Positions 49,528-61,748 of a DNA stretch of 64,000 bases are shown here, one piece after another. The notes under the pieces are model-generated. The model saw only the letters and a program-made list of their open reading frames with translations. It was not told the origin of the DNA and did not search any database. Within the stretch, counting starts at the first letter, position 1, and each line of letters starts with the position of its first letter. The position numbers and the translations under genes were made by a program. The stretch is from Lophium mytilinum (lineage: Eukaryota): assembly GCA_010093605.1 (NCBI GenBank), contig MU004186.1:2026616-2090615 (forward strand). The letters run 5' to 3'.

Positions 49528-50665
49528 TCAATAGATCACGGTGTCTTCTGTAGCTTCGAGGATGACGTCTCCGGCTTCATCTATCGTCTCCTTGCTGCTA
49601 TCTTCTGCGGTCCCTGGCTTCGGGGTGCTTTTTTGGTAGTTGTCCTTGGTCGCTTCTTCTCCTTTTACCGCCTCCTCGTCGTTCGTTTTGTCCGAATTAT
49701 CTTCCTTAGCGTCATGGGTGATAGGTAGGGTAGCACTGTCGTCAGTAGTTTCGTTTGTAGAGAGGTTCCCTTGTACGTCCCCGGAGGTGACTGAACCCAC
49801 CGGTCTTACGGTTCCTGGTCCTATGTCTGGTACAGCGCCCTCTTCCCCTTCACGCCGTCTCTCAAAGTCGTCCAGTTCCTTGTCTACAATGGCCTGTGCG
49901 TCGTCCACTTGCGCGTTGATCTGGTCCTCTTCGGTAGAGGTGACTTCCCATGGTTTGTAGTACTGTGCTGTTGTTAGCTATACAACTCGCTAGCAAGAGA
50001 CCGTATCTCGAGAGAAATGGGTTGACATGCCAACCGCGGTTCTGTCTTGGTGTAGAGGAAGTGGGCCATGTTTAGGAGATTCGAATGCCGCAACCGCATC
50101 TAAAACATCCGTCAGCACCCTGATCTCTGGCCTAAACGTATCCAAGACTTGCCGATTCCTCGTCGAATCTCTTCTGCTCCTTCCTCCTCATAGCCACCAG
50201 CCTGTCGAGTCGCTCCTGTTTCTTCTGGTCGAACTCCTTCTCCTGCAGCTTGAGCTTGGCGGCCTGCTTCTTCTCGATATCTGCGCGACGTCTCTGCGAG
50301 GTCGACGTGGAGCTTTGTGAAAGAGCGCCTAACATCGCGCCGAAGAGCCTCTGGCCCCGTTTCCTCTCCACCGCATCGACGTTGCCTTGTCCGCTCTTGC
50401 GCGCGTCTGGTCCTCTGTCCGCTATCGATTCTCTCCGACTTTGGTAATCATCCTCGGGGCTTAGTCGACGTCGCTTGCCATCCTGCTCCGAGAAGGAAGA
50501 CTGCCGGCGCTTGAATCCATTCGAAGGTGAGGCTGGGGTTGGCGGAAGGTCTGCGGGTTCGGGGAGAACTACTGCAGATGCGATGGACCTAAGAATGTTT
50601 TAGCTAGACTCCTCTAATCACAGAACCTAAAAGAATGGTCAGTATTACGGTATGTCGTCCGCCAT
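49528..50665 (-). CDS. Pinin/SDK/MemA domain protein (splicing/EJC-associated)
   Basis: Micro-exon MADDIP, then ERKRGQRLFGAMLGALSQ...RRADIEKKQ, MAHFLYTKTEPRL|YYKPWE and an acidic tail ending EDTVIY. Confidence 0.88.
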
Positions 50666-50943
50666 GATCGTGGTGGGGTTGGATGAAGGTGCGAGGGAGT
50701 GTCGCGGGCAGGTGTTGATGGTGGATCGAAAGTTCGAGGCTGTAGCTAGACCCCTGTCGGGTCATTTATAATGCCCGCCTCGCCCCACTTATTTTGTCAA
50801 CCTCACTTCACCTCCAAACTTTAAACACCTGCACTCACTCCCCGCCACATATAAGTAACATCCTCCAGAGAAGACTTTCCTAGACCCGACATACCTTCAC
50901 TGTCGCTGCGAGACATACCTTCGATCCCGAGCTCCTCGCCACC

Positions 50944-51384
50944 ATGTCTCGCCATCATCCGTAGGTCTCTCCGCCTTCCTTCACCTAGATATCAGAGCTA
51001 ACAATCATACTCCAGCGACTTGGTAATGTGCCGCAAGCAGGCTGGAATCGCCATCGGACGCCTGTGCGATAAGTGCGACGGCAAATGCCCCATATGCGAC
51101 AGCTACGTTCGTCCTACAACCATCGCTCGCATCTGCGACGAATGCTCTTTTGGAAACTACCAGAACAAGTGTGTGGTGTGCGGTGGCGACGTAAGTTTTG
51201 GCCGACAACCTATTAGAATACTATGGTAGCTTACAAGGCTGAACTATAGGGCATCTCCGACGCATTCTACTGCTTCGAGTGCACCCGACTCGAGAAAGAT
51301 CGGGACGGCTGCCCCAAGATCATCAATTTGGGCAGTTCGAGGACGGATCTCTTCTACCAGAAAAAGAATTTCAGGAACCACTAA
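50944..51384 (+). CDS. RDS3: PHF5A/Rds3/Ini1 SF3b splicing factor (3 exons)
   Basis: Exons 50944-50960, 51016-51190, 51250-51384 give [39 protein letters not shown]...[36 protein letters not shown]. Confidence 0.98.
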
Positions 51385-51814
51385 CGACAAGGTACGTCCG
51401 GTCTTCAGTCATAGACGGGCGACACTTCACGCATAGACGAGCGAGTTTCATATCAGGAAAAAAAAATCTCTGGATGCACAAGCTATTATACCAAGATTGG
51501 GCGATTAGGCGGGCGATAGAGGGGTCAGTTTCTATTTCGAGTAGGCACTGGGTGGAGTTAGGCCGATTCTACAAATGAAGATCATAAATTGACTTATATC
51601 AGTTCCTCCTTATCTCGAATAGGTGTAGGAGCCACACCCGATTTTTAGAAGCCGATGGTGATTACTGTGCCTCTCCGTAAGTGTGCATACTCTCTTGACA
51701 CTCAATTTGGCTCCTTTCGCAATCCGAATTATGAATGAGGTAAAAGTTCATGAACGGAACAATCCATGAGCTCCATGAGCAATGCTGAAGGCGGAGTGAA
51801 GCTAGTAGCATGAC

Positions 51815-52669
51815 TTAAGCGTCTCCATGAGGACTGAACCACTCCACCGCGCCCCGGCAAGGGCGCGTTATCTTCTCATAAAACTCTAACTCTATCTCCT
51901 CTATCCCCTTCGTAATTTCATCCCCTCCTACTGGATCTATACCCTGATAACTCGCTTTCGCCCAGAAAAGCGCGAGTGTTTGTAAGCACTCGATCATATT
52001 GTTGTCAAAGCGCATCGTAGACCGGTGCAATGCGCCCTTTTGAACCAGCTCCTCGAGAACCGTTGCGAAGTCCGGTGCTTGTCCGTCTGGCTCGAAGACA
52101 TGTATAAAAGACTTCTCCGTTGCACCAACGTCGCGGATGCTTTTCCAGGGAAGCTTCGTATCGAATATAGTGCTCAGAAAGCCGTTGTTTGTGGGGTTAT
52201 CCAGATCGGCTCGTAGATGAAAGATCAGTCTTGGATCCACGGGCATAAGGTCTTCGCTACGAGGCACACGCATCACCCTTGTCAACGTAACTAGCGGCCA
52301 CCAGATCTCTTTCTCTTGGCCGCGTGTTACTTCGTAGCATGTCAGAATCGTCGGTCGAGTGGTCTCCGCCTGCGAAGGCCTCCCTGAGAGCTCCGGTGAC
52401 AGTTGCTTCAAGAAAAGCTCTGGTACTGGCATACGATCTCTGCTCTTCCATTCCTCGCTCGTCTGTTCAAGTTCTGGGGATAGGCTCTTTTGAAAGAGAA
52501 GTTCAGGTAATAGGCTCTTTTGAAAGAGAAACGTTGGGCACTTGCTTTCCTCGGATTTCCCCTTTGCCTCTTCTTGCGCCTTGACAAATAAGTCACGCCG
52601 TTTACGTGACTCTTTCTCAGGATCGAGGAAGAAGTAGACTTCGTTCCCTTTAGAAATAGTATTTCCCAT
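51815..52669 (-). CDS. Hypothetical protein (284 aa) with possible N-myristoylation site and short internal repeats
   Basis: ATG ORF starting MGNTISK. A 30-nt tandem duplication encodes FQKSLLPELL/FQKSLSPEL. Confidence 0.55.
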   Translation of the reverse strand: MGNTISKGNEVYFFLDPEKESRKRRDLFVKAQEEAKGKSEESKCPTFLFQKSLLPELLFQKSLSPELEQTSEEWKSRDRMPVPELFLKQLSPELSGRPSQAETTRPTILTCYEVTRGQEKEIWWPLVTLTRVMRVPRSEDLMPVDPRLIFHLRADLDNPTNNGFLSTIFDTKLPWKSIRDVGATEKSFIHVFEPDGQAPDFATVLEELVQKGALHRSTMRFDNNMIECLQTLALFWAKASYQGIDPVGGDEITKGIEEIELEFYEKITRPCRGAVEWFSPHGDA

Positions 52670-53751
52670 TCTTAGTTTAGCTCGTAATAATATTCTACTT
52701 CATATTAGGAGCTTCAAGGTTTTATGTCAGGATACACTTGCGAGGGATACGTCAGCGAAAGCTATTGTTGTATCAACTTCACTATTGGATTCCATTGTTC
52801 AAGCGTCTTCAATAAGCATATTGCTTCACTTTCGGAGTGTGGTTCGTGACTTGTGACAACACGCCTCTGGGGTCTTTGCTGCCTCGAACACGAGTCATTC
52901 CTAATCAACCATACGCGCTGCTCCATGCCAACAACAAGCGATGGCAGTCATCTCCTTTACTTCCCTATCGTGAGTTGTTATACCCTGATTCCGGAAGAAT
53001 TGAGCCCCCCTTCATGCGACAACGCGGATGATCACCAACAAACGAGCGGACTCTCACTTCCAACACAGCAACTTGGCCTAGAAAGGTGCTGATCTGCATA
53101 CCGAAGCATCTGACCATTGATGGAACTCGAACATCATGTACATGAGCAGTTCCGCTTGCTAGTAGCATTGATTGCTGTAGGTGATTGTCATAATTTAACA
53201 AAAGGGCAGGATATCTGAACTCTGACTCTCCACCGCCACACATAGAGGGGCACGTTCTACGGTTTCGATTTTTGCCCACAAATACTCTACTCGTTCAACT
53301 AGTCTATTGGATTTATTTAGCTAATACATATACTCGTCTTGTAGAGGGATCGCGCGAGCTGTCTCGCTGATCAACCCACGGGGCCGTGAGCATCATACTC
53401 GGGCCCGAGCAGTACTTGAATCCGCCCGAGAAGGGACAATCTAGGAAACTTGGCGGCCCGAGGGTGTAGCGGGTTTTCATAGGCCAGGCTGACTGTCCAC
53501 GCGTGGTCAGGTGGTCTAGGATTAGGGCAACGAATCGAGGACAGAAACAGAGAAGGCACGTTAGGACTCGAAGGAGAAGCTTAAGAGGCGGTGATGAACG
53601 TAGACTTGACGCTAGCTGTGTGACCGAAACCCCCATATAGATGCATGCACAAACAAGCTGTATACCATCACCAGAAGCGCACAGCTCCCAGTTCCTACCA
53701 GATGTATCTACCAAACACTCTCCACTCCCACCCACATCCCCTTACCCCCTC

Positions 53752-54740
53752 CTACTCCCTCGTCGCCCTCCACAAACTCGCCGTCCTCCCCGTCGTCGCC
53801 ACCAGCCCACAAAGCCCCATCAACCCCAAATTCCACCCGGGAAACCCCGTATCCGTGCCAAACTGCACCGCCATCGGGAACCACGCCGAGCTAACCATCA
53901 ACTCGGTCCACCACTGCGCATCCACCGCCTTTTCCTCTTCCTCCTTGAACTCGACCACCGGCCTACCCTCCTCCGTCATGCGCGCCCGCACCGCGCGGCG
54001 CCGCCGCTCCACAACCGCCTGCCTCCCCAGCCGCAGGAAATCGCAGCTCACGCCCACGAGCCAGGAGCGGTAGGCTGCGCGATACACCCGCGCGGTGGCG
54101 GGGGAGCCGTTGTTGAAGCGCGCGACGACCGAGGCCGGGAAGATGCCGGCGTCGGTGAGGAAGCCGATGTTCTCGAGGGCTTGGTAGAGGACGTAGGCGA
54201 TGCATTGGGTGACGGCGATGCGGTGGACGAAGATGTCGTCGTCGGGCTTGGGGCCCTTGAGGAGGGTGCGCAGGCGGGCGTAGAGCGGGATCAGGCTGAA
54301 GAGGCGGAGGGTGGTTCTGGCTTTTGAGATGACGGCGCCGAGGGAGGCGATGGGGGTGGGGGTTCCGGGGGGCGCGATGAGGATTGTGGAGGTTTTGGAA
54401 GAGGTGGATGGGGAGTTTATGAGGGCGCGGAGCTGGGTGGAGAAGGCCGAGGCGGTGGGGGCTTTGGTTTCGAGGTAGGCTAGGAGGTAGAGGGTGTAGC
54501 TAAGGGTGCCGAGGGAGGAGCTGAGGCCGCCGGGGCTGGCCAGGAGTCTGAATGTATATCAGCATAGGTTCATAGAGGCAGCATTGGGGTGACTTACTTG
54601 TTCAACCGCAGTAACAATCGGTCCGCCTGCTTCGGCAGTGCTGTGAAGTGTGATGGCACTGAGACCTCCTTGGAGGCTGCAGCACTGTTCGCATCTTGTG
54701 GCGACGGGGCGCCGGGACCGACTTTCGTTTCGTCAGACAT
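53752..54740 (-). CDS. Peroxin 11 family protein (PEX11C-like), 2 exons
   Basis: ATG 54740, intron ~54548-54597. DRLLLRLNK|LLASPGGLSSSLGTLSY, ARTTLRLFSL, YQALENIGFL, AYRSWLVGVSCDFLRL, C-terminal hydrophobic segment and WRAT. Confidence 0.8.
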
Positions 54741-55111
54741 TTTGAAGAGAGATTGAGTGAGGCGTCGGAGGTTTGGAGGTGCTGAGGTTACCCCAGATTA
54801 TGGGCAGGTTAATCTGGGCAGCTGGGAATCTTACTCCGCAATGTGCTAGCTTCAGCCACACGATGTCATAAACGTGCCGAATATCCGAGGTCTGCAACAA
54901 AGGATCCCGCGCAACACATAGAATTCGATGGCAAGCCTCAAGTCACAAAGAAAAAGCTTCGTGAGAACACAGCAATAATGTATTATAGATATTTTGATAT
55001 TATTATTGGTATAGTCCGTGTCCCAAACTCCTGGACCTCCCTGAATCGGGTATCGTTGTCCATTTTCCTCTGCTATTAAAAAGCATACTGAGTGACCAAT
55101 GCATGAACATT

Positions 55112-56193
55112 TTACAAGGCAAGCGCGAGTGCGAACAGACCCGCCGCAGCAACTGAACCAACACCAGCACCAATAGCTTGGGCAGCGCCGGTGAACATTG
55201 ACGCCGTTGAAGAGGTGGCCGAGGGCATCATGGTCCCAGTGGGCATCATGGTCACGCTCGCATTTGCAGGCGACGTCGGCATGCCCATCAGAGGGTACGC
55301 CGCGCAGGTCGCGTTGGGAGCGAGAGGGCAGTCCTCAGCCTGGCAGATGCTCTGGAGCTCAGCAGTGCTGTTGGGGAGAATGGCGACGGGAGGTGCGCAT
55401 TTATAGTCGAAGAGCTTGGTCAGGGCCGTGCCGACCGCGGTAACATCATCGTCGGTGACACCGAAAGAAGCTGCGGAGAGGCCGACCTGCATGATGAAAT
55501 AGCCAACTTCGGAAGCGTCGAGGTCCATGAATCTGTGAACATCGCCCATGGAGGTCTTGCCCTGCAGTTGCAACAATCAGCATGCATGTCCGAATTGAAT
55601 ATCGGACGAACCACTTACTTTGTAGCTGGGGAAGCCCATGGCGCCGTACTCGGAGCACTAGTGAGACTGTAAGTGATTGGAGTTACTGAATATAGGTGAA
55701 AAACTTACGCCGAGGAGAGCACCAAAGAACTGGTAGAGATGAGTGATGAGGCCGCTTCTCGAGGTTAGCTGAGTGTTTTCGTTTGGATTCCCATGGAAGG
55801 CACTCACTATTGAATGGAGGATGAGTTGTTGGCAGGCATGTTGAGCATCAACGGAGCAGCTCCGCCGCCATCGAGGAAGTTGACGGCGATAGCTTTGCCG
55901 TTGAAGTTGGTTGAGTCGAGCTCACCAGTGAAATACGGGAGTAGGTTGACTTCCTCGCCCTTGTAGGTTCCCTTGTTGAGGATACCAGTGACGGCAATAC
56001 CGACGTTGGGCTTGGTGTAGTTTCCGATGACAGCGGTGTTCACCAGTAGCGTCAAAAGCGTATATTGGTTTGCGGCCGTGTTGTTCTTGAGAAGGGCGGT
56101 GGTGTAGTAGTCGCAAATGGGCATATCAGCAGGGCGCTGAGCCATAGCTGAGCCAGCAGCAGCAATTGCTGCAAGGATGGTAGAGGAACGCAT
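55112..56193 (-). CDS. Secreted, GPI-anchored protein with truncated-globin (2/2 haemoglobin)-like signature (4 exons)
   Basis: Exons 56193-55808, 55754-55709, 55657-55619, 55561-55112. Signal peptide, LLPYFTG, LITHLYQFFGALLG...YKGKTSMGDVHRFM...AASFGVTDDDV, a Cys cluster, a Ser/Thr stalk, FTGAA and a hydrophobic tail. The gene model is solid; the globin assignment is inference. Confidence 0.85.
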
Positions 56194-57399
56194 TATGATA
56201 ATCAGTGAAGGAGAGACAGGAGCAACGAGGCTGGTATGTTGATGATGACGAGAAGAGCTAGATGGACGAACGAACAAAAGCGACTTTGACGGAATTTATC
56301 AACAATGAATCTACCCCCTACATTACTCTGCGTTCAGCTTGATGCCGCGGTAGCATTTGTTAGGCACGCACCTTCCTGACCATGCTTCAAATCAGTGTGC
56401 CGCTATAGGTTCGCGCGCAACACTCGGTGGCTAAGCAAACCGCCGGAAACATGTTTCCCGTGCTTGTGGTCACTCCTAGGGCCAATGAGAAAGAGGCCGT
56501 ATATAATCTATCTCGATTAGGCGGAGAGAGGAGAAGTGATGATGCAGAGGCGGACGGCAGACAGGATTTCTGAATGCTCGGAGGCGTCTCATCCGTCGAG
56601 CTTGACTGTATGAGGAACAAAGCAACGAAGAAAAGCACCGAAACGGAAATGAGGAACCAGACCCCTCAAACGATCGACGCCACCGTCCGCCGCCGTCGAC
56701 GAGCTTATCCCAAAGCTTGGCCTCTTTAAATCCCCTGGATCTGCTGGGTTGGTCAGACTTCTTACGATGTCCATTCTATTTTCTGTTCTCGCTTCTGCAA
56801 CTCAGGAGACACGCATGTCTCAAACTGACCAGACTTGCGACTGATGGTGGAAGGGAGATACTTGTATAGAATATACAACCCAAGCACCTGGATTCTTTGA
56901 CGTAGAGATGTTGGAGCTGAATGCGGAAGTAGAGGTGGTTGCGTCTTCCACCACGCTGTGCCGCCGTCCGCTCGGGCAGAGACGTTCCCGGCGGTCTTGG
57001 CATGCATGGCCCCTGCGTCTTCTCGCTATTTGAAAGCCCCATGATTTGATTTGATGCATGCTAGCGCCCACACGAAGTCTGTCTTAGCGTGAGAATGCCA
57101 TTGCGACTATTGAATCCTTCACCCAGTCCTACGCCCCAAGCGTGGGCTTACCACGATGACGATGCTGGGCTCTTTTGACTTCTATCACGAGTCAAAGAGT
57201 GGGAGCTGTTCGGACCATTCCGAATATCCGCAAAACCAGTTTCTACAATCTATGAGTTGTATATCTATTGAGATGTCTCTAGATCGCTAAAGGTAAGTTA
57301 TAATACGTTTTGAAATATGTTAACCAGAAGAGAATGGAAGCGCGAATTAGACATTGGATCAGGGGCAGAGAAACACGAGATGGCACACCACTCCCACGT

Positions 57400-58369
57400 T
57401 CACTTCCACAGCACCCCAGGCGCGATAGTTCGGGTTGTCCTTTGAGTCCACGCCGCAGCCATGCGCCCACCCTGGCAGGGCGTGAACTCGCTCGAACAGT
57501 CGGTGTAGTCCATCTGAAACGGGTCTCATTAGCCAGAAAATCTGCAGTGGAGTCTAGACCGGCACTCACAAAGTTCTTGACATTGTCACTCCCGGGCTGG
57601 TCTGGGCAGGAGTCCGTTGCTGGACAGCTGTTGACATCGCCCGGCGTTCCCATTTTCCCATACGATGCAGATGCCTGCGGCCAGGTATCGTCACAAAAGT
57701 CGCTGCCGTTGTCTTGATTGCAACCACCTTCGAAAACGTGTCGAAGACCGAGCCAGTGACCAACTAGAGAATGTTAGAACCACGCTGACAGTGTTTCTTA
57801 GAGGACTGGCACATACTTTCATGCGTAATCGTTCCATCTGGGGCATGGATACCCGACTTCAACGGCACAAGACACCCATCCTGATCGAGTTCGTCTTGTG
57901 TAAGAGGATCCGTCCCATCGAGAGGGTATGTGCATTGCCCATAAGTTGCACCGTTGACCAGATACACATTCAAGCTCTTGTAGTCGCCACGACGGAGCTG
58001 ACGCTGCTTCTCCGCCAGGTCGGGGTCGATATCAGAGGCCCACACTGCGTTGATAGCATAAGAGATGGGCTTGACCTGGAACTGGAAGCCCCACGGCGCA
58101 TACTGTTGCTGGAGATAGTCCACATGGGTAAGTATATCAGTCGCATCGACATAGCCGTCCGCGGCGGTAGGCCCGGCTGTGAGGACGTGAATCCAGAGAT
58201 CGATGGTGATGGTGTCTCGAGTACGGAGATCGTTCAAGCTATCCCTCGCCATTTTAGGGGTAATTGTGAGCGCATGGGTGACATTGCCGCCTGTGTTTCC
58301 ACAGCGAGTGAAGGCACTAACGGACAGAGGAGCAACAATGGCCAAAAGAGCGGCTGTAAAAGTCTTCAT
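57400..58369 (-). CDS. Secreted M43 (pappalysin/MEP1-like) zinc metalloprotease (3 exons)
   Basis: Signal peptide, RCG cysteine switch, LRRGDYKSLNVY, spliced HEIGHWLGLRH (HExxHxxGxxH), and Met-turn NF|MDY. Stop TGA at 57400. Confidence 0.93.
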
Positions 58370-59467
58370 ATTGAATACAAGGAACGACAAGGAAATTTTC
58401 AATTGAGCTTAGGAGCTAATGGAAGATTAAGAGCCAAAAAGAAAGCTGTCGATCAACATTCTGGGTTCGTTTCTCTGATAAGAATTTAGAATTGAGGAGA
58501 CAACCCCCTCATACCTTTGGTTGCTGGCTAGGTCAAGTAAGAAGGGTTGAGGCTTAGACATGGCCAAGGCTACGGAGTAAACTTAGGATGTTACCCGGTC
58601 AGCCGTTTGAAGTTTCGCTTCCTATTTGGGGTCCTCGAACGAGCACCATCTCGGAACGGTCAGAACCTCCAGCTCACGTTACGAGACAAAGAAATTAGCG
58701 ATTCAGAATCAAGCCTTGGCATAGAATAAATCTTTCATCAGCTTATAATTACGGTAAGAAACCAAGATCCATTCCAACTCGTGGACACATGGAGTGTTCG
58801 CGAGATAACATCTGGAAAGCTTTAGGGACCTTTTAATTAATTAATTGGTGCTAGTGAACATACCTGACCTGATATCTTTGCTAGGAGATCGAAATTTTTC
58901 CCTGCTCAAGAGACTTGATTAAGAATAGCAATTCGATGCAGAGCGTGGTGGAAGTTTGGGGTCGAAATTAAAAATGAAGCTACTGCTCAAAATAGGGCTT
59001 AGCGCCGGCGCGGAAAATGTACTATGTGTTACCGACCATCAAGACATCGATACATCCAAGCACATCAAAATATTCACGATGTAAGATAGGCGGAAGGTTC
59101 GGAAGAAGCATATCAATTCCACTCCTATCCATCGCTATCTAACTCCCCGTACCTCCATGCCCCATATCCAGGCGTCGTCGTCATCGCTCTTCAATCTTCG
59201 CAGAGAGGGTATCTTCGCGCCTTAATGCGCAGGCCGGCCAGTCTAGCCCGTCCAAAGCATTAATTACATACAACCGGGGTTTTGCCTGGAGGAGGGAAAG
59301 GCATAAGGGTGTCGTGTCGTGTCGCCGTCAGGTGTTTATTAGGGAGAGGAGAGAAAGAAAGGAACCGAGCCACCGATAGTACACAAGCAGTAAACTTGGC
59401 ACCGCGCTCCTAGACAAATACAAGGCTATCGTAATGTCCACCACGCTTTTGTTGCTAAGAGCTGGGC

Positions 59468-60439
59468 TTAGATGAACAGGAGAGCGGCCATACCGGCGGC
59501 ACCTAGGATGGGGCCGGCGGTCATCATGGGCGCACCACCGGTGGAGGTCGCAGACGCAGCGACGGAGCTTGCGGCAGACGCAGCAGACGAGGCGAGGGAT
59601 GAAGCGGCAGAGGCTGCGGACGAGGCCTTGGAGGAGGCAGCGGACGCCGCAGACGAAGCCTTGGAGGAAGCAGCCGATGCGGCCGAGCTGGCACCGCTGG
59701 AGGCAACAGATGCGGCAGAGGACGCGCCAGAGAGGGCAGAGGAGAGAGATCCAGTAGCGCCCTCACCGATGGAGCTGAAGACGGTGGAGAAACCGGTGGT
59801 GACGGGGGTACCAGAGACTGTCGCGACGAGAGGCACAGTAGTGATAGCAGTGACCGAGGCCGAGGAGCCGGAGCCAGTGGCAGACGCTGAAGCCGACGCG
59901 GCAGAGGCAGACGCGGCGGAGCTGGCGGCGGAGGCAGCGGTGGAGAGGATGGTCAAGGCAGAGCCACCGGTGGCACTGGCAGAGGCGAGGAGAGCTATAG
60001 AAAGGTTAGTGAATTGCAACTAGGTGCGGTTGAGGCTGGAGAAGCTCACCCTTGCAGTATGCCTCGCCGTAGGCAATGACAGTAGCAGCCTGGGTAGCTC
60101 CGCAGGCCTCGTTGGCACAGTCGCGAACTCCATAGCCGAAGTTGGGCTCAGTGCAGTAGCAGACCGTGTCGCCGGACTTGCAGCCGAAGGAAGGACCCAG
60201 GCCAAGCATGTTGCTGATGCAGGTTTGCTGCAAGGACGCGGTTAGCTGGGTTACGCAAACGGTACCACGCAATCGGGAGACAATAAAACGCGGGTGGAGA
60301 GGCAATCGACGGATGGGGAACGATGCCAGGCAAGCAATTGAAGACGAGGAAAACTTACTCCGCAAGGGGGCAGGTCGCTGAGGCTCTGGGCCATGGCGAA
60401 GCTGGCACCGACAGCGAGGAGGGCAATTGAGGTCTTCAT
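59468..60439 (-). CDS. GPI-anchored CFEM-domain protein (3 exons)
   Basis: Signal peptide, 8-Cys CFEM domain LPPCG|QTC...GC...CYC...GVRDCANEAC...YC, Ser/Ala-rich stalk, hydrophobic C-terminus. Confidence 0.95.
59560..59740 (-). repeat. Coding tandem repeat (11-aa ASSAASAASSK units) in the CFEM stalk
   Basis: About 5 degenerate 33-nt units. Confidence 0.8.
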
Positions 60440-61748
60440 TGTGGAGTGAGGTGGGTGTTGATGTTGCAGGTAGTGGATGTGGAGTGGGTAGTAGGATACA
60501 AGGGACTGAAGAGTCTGGTGGAGCTGAGGTTGCGCTGAGGTGATGAGGTTTGTGGATGGAGGATGCAGTGGTGAGGAAGTCAACAAAGGGTGGGCGGGCG
60601 AGAGCAATTTAAGGTGGACGCTACATCCAATTTCAGTAGCCTCTACGCAGGGCAGCGTGGAAAGCGCACTTGTCACGCCGGTTGCTGCCCGGTTTTTGGG
60701 GGCAGCGGGCAAGCGCGCAAGCGTATTCCTTCACCACAGCGACTCTCCTGCAAGCTGCAAGATCCTCGAAGCTGGTCCCGTCGTCACCGCGACTACACGG
60801 ACCAGCCACCGATCGCCGCCAGCAAATGACACTAATGCCGCTACTAGCCCGTAAACAGCCCCTATGTCAGGTACTTTAACTGAGCTTGACGCGACTGACG
60901 CGTGCAATTGGCTGCCGTCGAGCTGCGTTGCCGGGGTGCCCCGTCGGGGGCTCTGCTTCCAAGGTCGAGGTGCAGGACCGGGGCCGTGGCTGCTCTGGAC
61001 CGTTCAAGTGGCGGAAATCAAGAAAAACAACGGAACAGCTGAGCTGGAGTGACCTGGCTGCTGCAGTAGTGCCCTGGTGAGCTGTTCGCTGCTTCTCACC
61101 GCCACACCCACAGCCACATCTCAATACGCAACATCTTCTCTGCAGCTTCCTGCATCACCACGCGGCCTCGCGTTCCTCGCCACAGTCGCACGAGATCCGA
61201 GGAAGATCGCAGGAATTGGATCACCATCTAGGCCCCCGCAACGGGGGATAGCAGCTGAAAGGGGCGGGCTAGAGAGTCCGAAGATGAGTGAATCTCGCGG
61301 ACGGCTCGATTGGGCTGCTGGCCGCCAATCGACGCTCGCCTCCAAAGGGCTGCCGTGACACGTTTTGCTTCTGGCAAGCTCTGGCGGGTCCGGGGCTAAC
61401 CACATGCTCCTAGCCTGGAGTCGTGTCCTGTGTCTCCAAGATTTCTGGTCCTCGCCATCGAAAGACATTGCACGACGGGACAGCCATGAGGACATTTAGA
61501 CGTCACAACGTTTCAAGTAAATGTGCGCCTCTTCATGCAATCTGGGGAATTGGCCATTGTGACACCTCGTTCGCGGTCCTCTCCCTTTCACGATGTCGCG
61601 CAGCCCGCGAAATGCATGGCCCATCCCTGAAGAACGGGACACCGAAACGTGCGGGAACCTGTGGCGCAGGCACCCGATGGACTGCCAACGGGCTCTTCCT
61701 GGCCCATAATTTTCCCAAGCGCCCGGCCCTTCCAAGGCTCGGCTAGCG

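Noticed and set aside
52750..53640. Possible extra small gene or upstream exons on the - strand
   Set aside because: Some splice-like signals, but I could not build a coherent frame or recognise a product.
58470..58482. SreA-type GATA site (CTCTGATAAG) upstream of the M43 protease
   Set aside because: Single imperfect match, with no convincing equivalents upstream of the CFEM or globin-like genes, so it is not evidence of iron regulation.
60600..61740. Short ORFs between CFEM and TRP2
   Set aside because: No coding hallmarks; consistent with the CFEM promoter and TRP2 3' UTR.
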